Assembly: GCF_009914755.1 (NCBI RefSeq)
Contig: NC_060926.1
Strand: one strand, 5' to 3'
Source: the human T2T-CHM13v2.0 reference genome, Homo sapiens
DNA length: 64,000 nucleotides
Shown: positions 42,982 to 57,860 of the stretch, piece by piece
Layout of the letters: each line of letters opens with the position of its first letter
How positions within the stretch are numbered: position 1 is the stretch's first letter
Program-made: the position numbers and the translations under genes
Notes under the pieces: generated by a model
What the model saw: only the letters and a program-made list of their open reading frames with translations
What the model was told of the DNA's origin: nothing
The model's database searches: none

Positions 42982-44194
42982 TAACAAGGAGCCCTGCATT
43001 TTTATTTCATACCAGGTCATGCAGATTGTGTGGTTGGTCCTACCCAACAGTGCTGCTGTTTCTATGGCCTAGACTTTCTTCTTGGGTCTTGCAGGAGCCA
43101 ATTACAGATCTTGGAGGCCTGGTCTGGGCAGAAGTGCTCCCTGCCGTCACTCCCCACCCACAGAGCTGAACACTGCTGTCCTAAGGGGCAACTCAGGGCT
43201 GGCCCAGGGAAGGGCACAGTTCAATTCTCTGGATCCCTGGCATCTAGGACTCTGGGGACAGAGGGAGGGCAGAAAGAGGTTGTGATTTAGGGAGGAAGGT
43301 GGAAGAGAAGAGAAATGGGCTTTCAGGGCCTACAGCCAGGGGAGCTGGGAAATGAAACAATCAGGGATCCAGGAGAGATTCTACTCCATTCATCCCCCAG
43401 GGTCCCTGGAACCATATCGGTGTGGCCAGCTGCAGGTGCAGAGGCAGTATAGCAGAAGGGTTGGACACTTGAGCTCAGGGCTGGTAGGGTTCAAATCCTG
43501 CCCTGTCACTCAGTAGTTATAATCTTGCTTCAAAAATCTTGGTTTCCTCCTTTGCAAAATAGAAATATTGCCTACTATGTAGGATTATCATTGGAGGTGA
43601 TATAAGTAAAGAACAACTCCTCAAACACCTGCCATTTTGTGTTTAGCATTTTACTAGGCACAAATCCCTGGGGAGGCCTCATGTAATTCCCAGTGTCAAC
43701 CTGTGAGGTGGAGATTGAGTATCAGGGAGAGTTCCCTGCCCTAGGTCACAGAACAGGTGAGAAGTAGAGCTGAGGTTTGAATCCAGATCTGTGGTATCAC
43801 AAGCCTTCTGGGTGCCACTGCCCCACCCTATCTGGTGGTATGGTGCTGGGCTGGAAATGTGTGTACAGGTTTAGTCACACAGAATGCAGGGATTTGTTGG
43901 TTAAAAAAAGGATTTCACGAGTAGATGACACCAAGGAGGTTATTTCATGAACTATCATTTAAAGTCACTCTTTTAGAAGAAAAAAAAATTCTTTTTCTAA
44001 AAAGAAAAGTATAATTAGAGATCACTCATGCTGTCTCCAGAGAGCTTCTTCCTCCTCCACCATCCACCATTCAGTCTGAGACAGAATTGTATGCAGGCTG
44101 CCATCATGTCTGGAGTGAAGGATGCTGGGATGTCTGCCAGAGACCCAGGCTCTCCCATAAGTCCATTGCACTTACTGGCTTTTCTTCCCCCAAT

Positions 44195-44920
44195 ATTTTA
44201 TGAAAGTATAACTTACAACACTGAAAGTGCACAAATTGTATATGGAGCTTGATAAATTTTCACAATCAAACATATCCAAGAAACCAATATTAAAACTGAA
44301 CATTCCCAGCATTCCAGGAGCCCCTCTACTGTCCCCTTTGAGTAACTACACTACCCAACCCCCAAAAAGCTGACTTCCAACACCACTGGTTAGTTTTACC
44401 TGTTTCAAAACTTTATATAAATGGAATCAAAGGGCATGTACTCTTTTGCATCTGGCCTTTTTGTTCAGCATAAAGTTTTTGCTCAACATTATGTTACAAA
44501 TATAGTTATCTCACATATACCTATGTAACAAACCTGCACGTTCTGCACTTGTATCCTGGAACCTAAAGTAACATGTTAAAATATATATATTATATATATT
44601 ATATATATACATATACATATATGTATATATATTATATATTATATATATACATATACATATATGTATATATATTATATATAATATATACATATACATATAA
44701 TATATGTATATATATTATATATTATATATATACATATACATATATGTATATTATATATGTGTATATATATTATATGTATATATATAGATATAGTCATCTA
44801 TATTTTCCATGTACACAATTGCAGTTCATTTACTTATATTGCTGTATAGTATTCCTTTGTATGAACATGCCACAGGCTTCCTATTCTGGACATTTGAGTA
44901 GTTTCCAATCACTTGTAAGT
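44195..44920 (-). mobile_element. Old L1M fragment
   Basis: TTAGTTTTACCTGTTTCAAAACTTTATATAAATGGAATCA; ATTGCTGTATAGTATTCC. Confidence 0.8.
44512..44790 (+). mobile_element. ~70-bp L1PA 3' end with a tail expanded into complex (TA)n
   Basis: TATACCTATGTAACAAACCTGCACGTTCTGCAC; TSD ATATAGT(T/C)ATCT. Confidence 0.85.
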
Positions 44921-45002
44921 TTTTAATGTCTTGTAATTTTTTATGACTAAAGGACAGTCTCTCCAAAAAAAAAAAAAAATTGTTTCTAAAAACTAAGATT
45001 GG

Positions 45003-45173
45003 GGCTGGGTATGGTGACATACAACTGCAGTCCCAAGCTACTTGGGAGGCTGAGGCAGGAGGATTGCTTCAGCCTGGGGGAGTCGAGGCTGCAGTGACTC
45101 ATGATTGCACCACTGCACTCCAACCTGGATGACAAAGTGAGAGCCTGTCGCAATTTAAAAAAAAAAAAAAAAA
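45003..45173 (+). mobile_element. Alu monomer (FRAM / AluJ right arm)
   Basis: GGAGGATTGCTTCAGCC...GAGGCTGCAGTGACTCATGATTGCACC + poly-A. Confidence 0.85.
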
Positions 45174-45202
45174 CCTAAGATGATGTTTCATTACTGATGG
45201 AC

Positions 45203-47120
45203 TTTTTTTTTTTTTTTTTTTTTTATTGATCATTCTTGGGTGTTTCTCACAGAGGGGGATTTGGCAGGGTCATAGGACAATAGTGGAGGGAAGGTCAGCA
45301 GATAAACAAGTGAACAAAGGTCTCTGGTTTTCCTAGGCAGAGGACCCTGCGGCCTTCCGCAGCGTTTGTGTCCCTGGGTACTTGAGATTAGGGAGTGGTG
45401 ATGACTCTTAATGAGCATGCTGCCTTCAAGCATCTGTTTAACAAAGCACATCTTGCACTGCCCTTAATCCATTTAACTCTGAGTGGACACAGCACATGTT
45501 TCAGAGAGTACAGGGTTGGGGGTAAGGTCACAGATCAACAGGATCCCAAGGCAGAAGAATTTTTCTTAGTACAGAACAAAATGAAAAGTCTCCCATGTCT
45601 ACTTCTTTCTACACAGACACAGCAACCATCCGATTTCTCAATCTTTTCCCCACCTTTCCCCCCTTTCTATTCCACAAAGCCGCCATTGTCATCCTGGCCC
45701 GTTCTCAATGAGCTGTTGGGCACACCTCCCAGACGGGGTGGTGGCCGGACAGAGGGGCTCCTCACTTCCCAGTAGGGACGGCCGGGCAGAGGCGCCCCTC
45801 ACCTCCCGGATGGGGCGGCTGGCCGGGCGGGGGGCTGACCCCCCCACCTCCCTCCCGGACTGGGCGGCTGGCCGGGCGGGGGGCTGACCCCCCAACCTCC
45901 CTCCCGGACGGGGCAGCTGGCCAGGCAGAGGGGCTCCTCACTTCCCAGTAGGGGCGTCCGGGCAGAGGCGCCCCTCACCTCCCGGACGGGGCGGCTGGCC
46001 AGGCGGGGGGCTGACACCCCCACCTCCCTCCCGGACGGGGCGGCTGGCCTGGCGGGGGGCTGACCCCCCCACCTCCCTCCCGGACGGGGCGGCTGGCCGG
46101 GCGGGGGGCTGACCCCCCAACCTCCCTCCCGGACGGGGCGGCTGGCCGGGCTGGGGGCTGACCCCCCAACCTCCCTCCGGGACGGGGCGGCTGGCCGGGC
46201 GGGGGGCTGACCCCCCCCACCTCCCTCCCAGACGGGGCGGCTGGTCTGGCGGGGGCTGACCCCCCCACCTCCCTCCCGGACGGGGTGGCTGCCGGGCGGA
46301 GACGCTCCTCACTTCCCAGACGGGGTGGCTGCCGGGCGGAGAGGCTCCTCACTTCTCAGACGGGGCAGCTGCCGGGCGGAGAGGCTCCTCACTTCTCATA
46401 TGGGGCGGCTGCCGGGCGGAGGGTCTCCTCACTTCTCAGACGGGGCGGCCGGGCAGAGACGCTCCTCACCTCCCAGACGGGGTGGTGGCTGGGCAGAGGC
46501 GCTCCTCACTTCCTAGATGTGATGGCGGCCGGGAAGAGGCACTCTTCACTTCCCAGATGGGATGGCGGCCGGGCAGAGACGCTCCTCACTTTCCAGACTG
46601 GGCAGCCAGGCAGAGGGGCTCCTCACATCCCAGACGATGGGCGGCCAGGCAGAGACGCTCCTCACTTCCCAGACGGGGTGGCGGCCAGGCAGAGGCTGCA
46701 CTCTGGGCACTTTGGGAGGCCAAGGCAGGCGGCTGGGAGGTGGAGGTTGTAGCGAGCCGAGATCACGCCACTGCACTCCAGCCTGTGCGCCATTGAGCAC
46801 TGAGTGAACCAGACTCCGTCTGCAATCCCGGCACCTCGGGAGGCCGAGGCTGGCGGATCACTCGCGGTTAGGAGCTGGAGACCAGCCCGGCCAACACAGC
46901 AAAACCCAGTCTCCACCAAAAAAATACGAAAACCAGTCAGGCGTGGCGGCGCGCGCCCGCAATTGCAGGCACTCCGCAGGCTGAGGCAGGAGAATCAGGC
47001 AGGGAGGTTGCAGTGAGCCGAGATGGCAGCAGTATAGTCCAGCTTCGGCTCGGCATGAGAGGGAGACCCTGGAAAGAGAGGGAGAGGGAGACCATGGGGA
47101 GAGGGAGAGGGAGAGGGAGA
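45203..47120 (-). mobile_element. SVA retrotransposon (SVA_D-like or younger), full length
   Basis: Poly-T, SINE-R, GC-rich VNTR ~45725-46700, Alu-like domain, AGAGGG hexamers; TSD ACTGATGGAC(TTTTT) at 45193 and 47121; TT/AAAA endonuclease site on the minus strand. Confidence 0.97.
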
Positions 47121-47286
47121 ACTGATGGACTTTTTAAACAAGGATGATTATTTTTCTTCTCTGAAGCTAAGGCATCACAGTCAGTTGGTGTGATATTTTC
47201 ACCTCCAATGGAAGTCCTAAAGAAATATTAATATCACCTTAAAAAAGTTACTTCAAACAAATACAAAGGTGAATTCTAAAGGCATC

Positions 47287-47965
<679 letters not shown>

Positions 47966-48194
47966 CGGCATCCCACTGAGTCTTCTCTTAGAACCAATTA
48001 CTGTTTCAAGAAAATGTTGGCACTTTTCCTGTTAGCAAATTACTTTATGAGAGAGCAAGACAAAAAAAGCATGATACCAAAAAAGGTTTGCATAAAATGT
48101 CCCTCATGTGGAAGAAGAGGTGGAAAGACCCTTTCAGCTAGCAAATGCTTGTCTTTTTTCCTAAACATACTAAGACACAAATGTAACTTAAACG

Positions 48195-49307
<1,113 letters not shown>

Positions 49308-49653
49308 GAAGGGGGGAGAGAGTAAGTGACATACATAACCACAGTCAGTAATTTTGCTATGAATTTCTCAGCTGTTATAATGAGAGTCCTTATATTACTG
49401 AAAATGCCTGAGAACTCATTTGAGCCCAAAGTATCACTGAAGCTTTCATGGTTAATTTATTTTTCTTTTCTTTTTTTTTTTTTTTTTTGCAAACTTTCAA
49501 CTATGGGGGCTGATATTTTTTTGATTGTTAAAGAGATATATTGAGAACACTTAAAACAAGTCATAAATGTCACTGGAAACACTTGGGTAAAACACCCACC
49601 TCATGGAGTTCTTAAGAAAGAGAAAAAGACAGTGGATGTTACTATATCCACTA

Positions 49654-49856
49654 TGTACTAGCTGTATTATCTGTACCCAGGTCACTTCACTTCTCTGGGC
49701 TCAGTTTTCTCATCAGTAAAATGGGGACAATAATGACCATCTCCCAGGGTCTTGTACTAGCTGTATTATCTGTACCCAGGTCACTTCACTTCTCTGGGCT
49801 CAGTTTTCTCATCAGTAAAATGGGGACAATAATGACCATCTCCCAGGGTCTTGTAC
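49654..49856. repeat. Perfect 99-bp tandem duplication within a MIR
   Basis: 49654-49752 is identical to 49753-49851; TGTAC at 49654, 49753 and 49852. Confidence 0.97.
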
Positions 49857-50136
49857 AGATTAAATGAGTTAAACTGTGTAAAAAGCTCTTTAGTCCAAAG
49901 CTTGGCCCATAGTAGATGTTCACGCTATAATAAGTATGAACGGTAGTAGCAGAGGGAATATTCCATTTATAAAGCTATATTTTAAGAAAAGGTTAAATAT
50001 TACTGCTATGCCATTGTACTTGTTATGTGCTGTGTTGATGAGTTTCAGTAAGGACACTTGATCCCAGGGAGTACTACAAATCCTTCCATGAAAAAAGATT
50101 AAGAAATAAATTGATATAGAAAATGGTGGCTACTTT

Positions 50137-50399
50137 GGCCGGGTGAGATAATCCCAGCACTTTGGGAGGCCAAGGCAGGCAGATCACTTGAGGTCAAGGG
50201 TTCAAGACCGACCTGGCCAACATGGCAAAACCCCGTCTCTACTAAAAATACAAAAATTAGCCAGGCCTGGTGGTGCAAGCCTGTAATCCCAGCTACTCCA
50301 GAGGCTGAGGCAGAAGAAGTGCTTGAACACGGGAGGTGGAGGTTAGCCGAGATCCAGTCACTGCACTCCAGCCTGGGTGACAGAGCAAGACTCTGTCTC

Positions 50400-50431
<32 letters not shown>

Positions 50432-50471
50432 GAAAAGAAAAGAAAAGAAAAGAAAAGAAAAGAAAAGAAAA
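50137..50471 (+). mobile_element. AluS with small deletions and a (GAAAA)12 tail
   Basis: Alu body; imperfect TSD AAAATG...GCTACTTTGG. Confidence 0.92.
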
Positions 50472-50514
50472 TGACTGCTACTTTGGTTTGTCACTTAAGT
50501 TTCTCACAATCCAA

Positions 50515-50990
50515 GCATTGATTCAATAAATATTTATTGAACATCCCAAATGGTCCTTCCTCCCAATCTAGTTGTGTTGAAAGACAATAAACAAGAAAAT
50601 AAGCAATCAATATGATTACAAATATTGTAAATTCTATAGATGCTATGAAGAAAATAATCAGAGTGCAACAAGAGACAATTATGGAAGGAATATTTAGATT
50701 AAATTGCTGGGAAGCTCTCAGCAGTTGACATTTAAGATGAAATAAGAAGGTTGAGCAGAGCTAGCCAAGCAAAGAATGAAGGGAAAGTGTCCTAAACAGA
50801 TGGACTAGGATTTAGGAAAGAAAAAAAGAGAGGACACCAGTGTGGCTGGAACATGGAGACGGAGGAGGAGAGGGTAGGGGAGAGAAGGAAGAGAAGGAAG
50901 AGATGAGGCTGGACCAGTGGCCTTGGCTCAGATTCTACAGAACCTTCTAAGCCATGGTAAGCAGCTGGGATGTTCCCTGACCTCTGACTA
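50515..50990 (-). mobile_element. L2 fragment
   Basis: ATTCAATAAATATTTATTGAAC; CCAGTGTGGCTGGAACA; AAGCCATGGTAAG. Confidence 0.75.
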
Positions 50991-51936
50991 TGAACCAATT
51001 TCTACTTTTTTTAAGAAAAGAAATAAAATTCTAAAATATATTTTAAACTTCTTCAAATTAGATTATTAAACAAAAATAATTTTTTCCCTCATTGTCCAAA
51101 TCAATGTGTTCTTTCAAGTGTATATCCAAAATAGTTTTCTGAAAGCTTGTCACAGAAGGGCCTGGCCCACTTTTACATTTTCTCTATTCAATTAAAAATA
51201 ATAATATCCAAGATATTACCACTGAGGGAAATTGAGTGATAGGTACATGAGCCCTTGTACATTTTTCTGCAACTTCCTTTGACTCTATAATTATTTCAAA
51301 ATTTAAAAGTTCAAAAATAATAACACTAAAATAGCAAGTAGCCCTGTCGACTTGGAGTTCCCCTTCATCTCATTCTGTCTTTCAACATCATCTGAAGACT
51401 CTGAATGGCATTTTGAAGACACCAAAGCTGAAAAACCACCACTTTCCATAACTTTGTTATCATTCCCGAGGAGAGTATAGAAATACAGCCTCCAAAAAAA
51501 TGATTCAAAATTATAGACATTTGCAGCCATTCAAGGCTTACGAGTTTACAAAACATCTACTTTTCTTCTATTTGAAACCTCGAGGAGGGGATGGCTTTTG
51601 GAAACTTTTCTCCACAAAAGGATTACATTGAAAGTCCTCACTGTGCTCTACATTTTCTGCACATTTTTGGCTCTATTTATATCTGAAAGTAAATTTTTTT
51701 TTCTTCCATAGCTATGTTTAAAATACAAGGATGGAGTTGTGTTAACAAATGTACATTTAGGCAGCCTGAGTTTGCAAAAAAAAAAAACAGGAAAAAAATT
51801 TTTAATATTGGAAATTTGCTAAAAATGATCAAAGAGAGTATCATCTTTTTGGCTGGGGGCCGCTAATGGAATACTGCCCAGGGACTCTTCAAAGTCCTCT
51901 GGGCTATGCCTTTACTTGATTCAGTCCCACAACCCA

Positions 51937-51937
<1 letters not shown>

Positions 51938-52020
<83 letters not shown>

Positions 52021-52023
52021 TAT
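51938..52023. repeat. Compound poly-A / (TA)n / (CA)n microsatellite
   Basis: Direct reading. Confidence 0.93.
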
Positions 52024-52174
52024 AATCCAGAGCCGTTCACACACTAGGCACTGGATTAACTGCCAGGAATGGCAACTAGGTTGAGACACCACGTTCTAAT
52101 GTCTGGCCCACACCCCTCAGGACAGAAATTGGTTAGTCTTTTAACAGTCTCTCAGCAACAGACTCAGGCTATCA

Positions 52175-52666
<492 letters not shown>

Positions 52667-53609
52667 CTATCTGTGTGACCTTGGGCAAATTAACTAACCT
52701 CTCTGTGCCTCAATTCCATCATCTGTAAAATCCAGATCATCATAACCACCTATATCATTGGTTATTGTGAAGATTAAATGAGATAATGCATGTACCAGAC
52801 TGAGCAGAATGTTCTCTGCTGTTTCCTATGTGCTTGGAAAGTGTTCTCTATTATTAAGTCAAATTCACCAGAAGGCTGCTTGGCAAGCCCAGAATCAGAA
52901 CAAAGAGGCCTTGAGGGGATAATTTCCCTTCACTTGGGAGACATCAGTGAAATATCCCTCGTTCCCCACAGCAATGAACACCCTCTCGTCACCAGACTGC
53001 TCTTCATGTCCTATGCACCCCCCTCCGAGGCCAGGCTGCACATCCTGCTCCTCTGAAGCCCTTTTTCTGTGTGAACCACCTCTTGTCTGGGGACCCATTT
53101 TTTTCTTTCTGTTTAAAGTGCAGCGTCTTCCCACAGTCCTAGTAAGCATTCTCTCTCCACCCCACCCCCACCCAGTTCAGTGTGGATTCACTCTCCAAGC
53201 TTTGGCTGGGGCACCCAAGGTCAGAGCCCATGTGCAGAAATCACATTACCTTCCCTGTGAATCACAACCCATCATTTCATATTGGTGTCAACAAGATTTA
53301 AATCTTGCAGTAAGAGCTACACATGCATTTTACAATTGTAACATTCCTGCTTTTTTTCTTTCTTTTTTTTAGTTTAGAGCACATGTAATTTCTAGGTTCA
53401 TTGCTCTATTTGCCTCTCGCAATGGAAACTATACATGCTTGCATATTTTTTCACATGACAAGTACATATGCCGAGATAGTCCATGCTAATTCCTTTGATC
53501 TCAGTTTTTTTTGCTTAGCTGAAAGTTGTCTTCTTCCATTTTGACCATCATATTTTTGGAGAACTGGCTTTGAAAATCTCCTAGCCTGGGCATATATCTG
53601 TTGACTTTA

Positions 53610-53945
53610 CATTTCCCCTTTTGATTTCCAGAAACACCTTAAGCTTAATATGTCTAAAAACAAATTTATATCTTACCTGTCAAACTAGGTCTTCTTCCAG
53701 AGTAGCTTCATTTGAGTGATGGCCCCTCCTTCTACACATCTGGACAAGCTAGAATATAGTGGTCCTTCTTGACACCTTCTCTCCCTTGCCTGGCATATGC
53801 AATCCGTCCTCAAGATTTTAGCTCCTGAACATCCCCTGAATCCATTCACTTCTCTCCATCTCTAATGCCTCAACCCTACCTAGTCCAAGCCCCCTTGTTT
53901 TCTGACCTAGACTATAACAAGAGCCTCCTGACTGGTCTCAAAACC
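53610..53945 (+). mobile_element. L2 fragment
   Basis: AACACCTTAAGCTTAATATGTCTAAAA; TCACTTCTCTCCATCTCTA; AGCCTCCTGACTGGTCTC. Confidence 0.75.
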
Positions 53946-54012
53946 TGAGGCTCCATTCTCTTATTGACCATTACTGAGAAAGGAAGCTTATTCTGTCGTT
54001 CAGATTGTCTAG

Positions 54013-54190
54013 CTGTGGTTTCTAACCTTCTTGCACATCAAATCACCAGGCATCCTTGCTAAAATGCATCATTCACCTGTGGAAATTCTAATTCATTAGG
54101 TCTTGAGTAGGATTCCAGGATCTGTATATTTAATAAACACCCTATTCTGATACAGCAAGTCTATGAAATTTGCACTTGAGAGTCATTGGC
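54013..54190. mobile_element. MER5-like hAT MITE
   Basis: CTGTGGTTTCTAACC...ATTCTAATTCATTAGGTCT...CCAGGATCTGTATATTTAATAAACACCC. Confidence 0.65.
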
Positions 54191-54269
54191 TACAGCTCAC
54201 CAGCACCACACTTGGCCCATTTTACAGATAGCCAAACATGTTTCCTACATGAATCAAGGAGTCAGTACC

Positions 54270-55020
54270 AATCTGACAAATTATTGAGCCCCCACTATGT
54301 GCCAGGCTGTTCAGGCACTAGCGATGGAGCAAAGAGTGAAACAGACAAAAATCCCTTTCTTCACTGTGCTTATGTTCTAGTGGTAGGAGACAAATAAAAC
54401 AAAAAATAAAATGTAAGGAACACTAGAAGGCAATAAGTGCTATGGAGAAAAATTAAGCAAGTCAAAGGATTTGCAGGGAGCAGGGGTATGGAATAGAGCT
54501 ATGGAGGGAGTGATATGGTTTGGCTTTGTGTCCACACCCAAATCTCATCTTGAATAATGTAATAGTTCCTATAATCTCCACCTGTTGAGGGAGGGACCTG
54601 GTGGGAGGTAACTGAATCTTGGGGATGGGTTTTTCCCATGCTGTTCTCGTGATAGTGAATAAGTCTCAAAGATCTGATGGTTTTATAAAGGGTAGTTCCC
54701 CTTCACACACTCTCTTGCCTGCTGCCATGTAAGACTTGCCTTTGCTCCTCCTTTGCCTTCCACCATGATCGTGAGGCCTCCCCAGCCATGTGGAACTGTG
54801 AGTCCATTAAACCTCTTTTTCTTTACAAATTACCCGATCTTGGGTATGTCTTTACAAGCAGCATGAGAATGGACTAACAGAGAGGCAAGTTGCAGTTCCC
54901 AGACGGTCATGAAAGACCTCACTGGGAAAGTGGCAATTGAGTAAAGACTAGAAGGAGAAGAGGAGCAAGCCATAAGGTAACTGGAAGAAGAGCTTTCCCA
55001 GATGAATTCTAGAGGGAGCA
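54270..55020 (-). mobile_element. L2 fragment split by THE1
   Basis: TTATTGAGCCCCCACTATGTGCCAGGC...AGTGAAACAGACAAAAATCCC; AAAGACCTCACTG...GAGCAAGCCAT. Confidence 0.75.
54511..54879 (+). mobile_element. THE1 solo LTR
   Basis: TGATATGGTTTGGCT...GTGAGGCCTCCCCAGCCATGTGGAACTGTGAGTCCATTAAACCTC...GGACTAACA. Confidence 0.93.
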
Positions 55021-55626
55021 AGCAAACTTAGCTCTTCTAACATTCTCCAGAAGAAAAATATATTCTACAGATCCCATGTTCATGCTCAGTCTTCAACTCC
55101 AAGCTGGAAAACATATTCCCAATAAAATATGGTATTTCTCACCTTCTTGTTATTGCTCTGCCTGAAAACCTGCCCTGAACCCCTCAGCTTTTAAGCTTTA
55201 CTAACTCAGGTTTTTTATGCTCCACCCTATCTGGGTGTCCTTTTACTATAGGTAGCTAGAACACCACATTGTATTTTCCGGCTTACATGCTTGTCTCCCC
55301 ATCTCCAAGACCAGACTTCAGGTTGTTTGTCTCTTTCTTATCTATTATCATTTACTTGGTGCATAGCAAAGTATTGGGCCAGATTAGATTCTTAATAAGT
55401 ATTAAGTGCAGAAAAGAAAGAATGAGGAAGGAAAGAGGAATGGAAGGGAAGAATCAAGATAGGAGGGAGGAAGAAAGGAAGGAGGGAGGGAAGAAGGAAG
55501 ATGGAAGCAAAGAAGGCAGCCCTAATTTTGTGTTAAATGCAAAGACAGGCATTACACGCTGGTAGATTTGCAAACCCAGGACTCCTGCCAGGAGTCCTGC
55601 CTCAGTCCTATAAAAAGGAACCCTGA

Positions 55627-55945
<319 letters not shown>

Positions 55946-57689
55946 CTATCATCCTTGAACAGTCTCTGTGGAATTGCCTGCAGGTGCAGGTGGGTGATCA
56001 TAAGATATGGTAACAGTAATAATAATCTCCATAAGCAGTCCTCTCTTCTGGCTCCCCCAGACTGTCCTTCATCTTCTCTTTTTGTACTTACTCTGCTCTT
56101 GCTTCCTCCTCTCTCTTTTTCTTGCTTTCTCAGCAGGGGTAGGAAATGTCCAGGGCTTCAGAGGCTCCATAATTCCCAGGAGTTCAGGCTCTTTGACAAA
56201 GTGCCTCCTGAGCTGGCCACAAATGAACCTGGGGCCTCTTGTCCCTCTGGTGCTACTGGAGGGTCTTTTAAGGATGCCCACTGGCCAGGGTCACCATGTT
56301 GCACAGCACCAGGGAGGCCATTCTTACTGGGCTGCAAGAAGGAGCTTTTTTCCCACATGATCAGCAGGCCTAAAGGGAAGTGTGTTTGATCCCTGTGTCC
56401 ACATGACTCTTTCTTATCCGCTGCACAGATACCCCTTCTCCATAGCAGCTATCTGTCCTCCTTTACCCCACCATCATCCTACGTGCCCGACACTCCCAAG
56501 GAAACCTTCCTTCCATTGGATTTTTTCCACCATCTGAAAAATAAAACTTTACTACAGGGAGTGGAGACTGGGCTAAACAGCCTTGGAATGAGAGAGAAAA
56601 GTCATGAAAAAGGTGAAATTGAAAGAGGTGAGGGGTCTACCTTGAGTGCATGCAGGGCCTCTGATTCTGGAAGCTCTGGAGAAACTTGACACCAAGGCCA
56701 GGTCCTGAGCCAGGGCAGGGGAGGGAGTAAACCATCTTCCCCAGCAGGAAGTGAGGGAGAGAGGGAGAGTGAGCTAGGGAAGCGCTCTGTTTTCTTTGGC
56801 CTCCTCTAGCCCTGGAGGGAACTCAGAGAGAGGGAGAGGGGCTGGAGGGAGGAGGATGGGGCTGTCAGGGAGATCCGGCTTTTGTGTCCTACCCTCCCCC
56901 AGGAACTGGAGACTGGAGCAGGGGCATTGGAGCAGGCACCCAGGCCAGGCCAAGGTTTCTCCCTGCTGCTCCCTGTAAAGCATGGAAGGGAGCTATCAGA
57001 TCGGAGTTGTGTCAGATCAGACTCTCTGGGGACACAGAGTCCTGGAATCAGAGGCCAGTCCAGGGAGAATGTGGAGTCTGTTAGGGAGAAAGCCGGCTGG
57101 AGGTGGGAGGCCTGGGGCTTAGGTGTAGGACGAATGAACCTACCAGAACTGAAACAGCTGGGCAGCCACAGTGAGTTCCCTACATTCTCTCCAGCCTTGA
57201 TCTTCTAGGCTTTTCCACAAGGGAGGCCTTGACCTTGTACACTGCTCTGTCCCCCAAAACAGAGCCTGGAGGAGTTATCCTGGCAATAGCTCAGGCTGAG
57301 GTAGACAAGTTCAGCCCCTGAGGAAGCCAGAATTTTAGAGCCCCCGTGTGTCTCCTGAGTGTATGCTGAGATATAGACAGATGTAGGCATTCTATTTCTA
57401 ACAGAAAGAACTTCCTTAAAGCCAACTCCCCCTCTAACCCTAATTCTCCCAGAGATTTGCATCCCACATATGATCCTGACCCCAAGCTCAATCCTAAAAC
57501 CATCCCTCACAGGAACTCCACACCAGTCTCAACCCAAACACTTCAAAATCACTGAATTTAATCCCACACATTTATCCTCATCCAAATTCTAAACCTTACT
57601 CTCACCCCAAATCCGGACTGTCACCTTGATCTGCATCACAAACCTGACTACTATAGGTATCTGTTGTGAGGTGAGAATTAACAAAAAGG

Positions 57690-57860
57690 AAAAGTTAACA
57701 TGTATTGTACAGTTATAAGGTGTTTGCAGTATATAAGGCTTTTTCTATTTATTGCCATATTTACTTAATAGCAACCCTATGAGTTAGACATTACTATTAT
57801 CACCATTTTACAGATTAGAAAACCAAGGCTTAAAAAGATTAAGCTAGTTACTCAGGTAAG
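57690..57860 (-). mobile_element. MIR
   Basis: CAACCCTATGAG...ATTATCACCATTTTACAGAT. Confidence 0.75.

Noticed and set aside
45230-47016. Many overlapping ORFs and CpG-island-like composition
   Set aside because: Entirely internal SVA sequence (likewise 26417-27644).
53292-53307. 16-bp perfect palindrome CAAGATTTAAATCTTG
   Set aside because: Isolated, AT-rich and inside the putative LINE fossil; no evidence of function.
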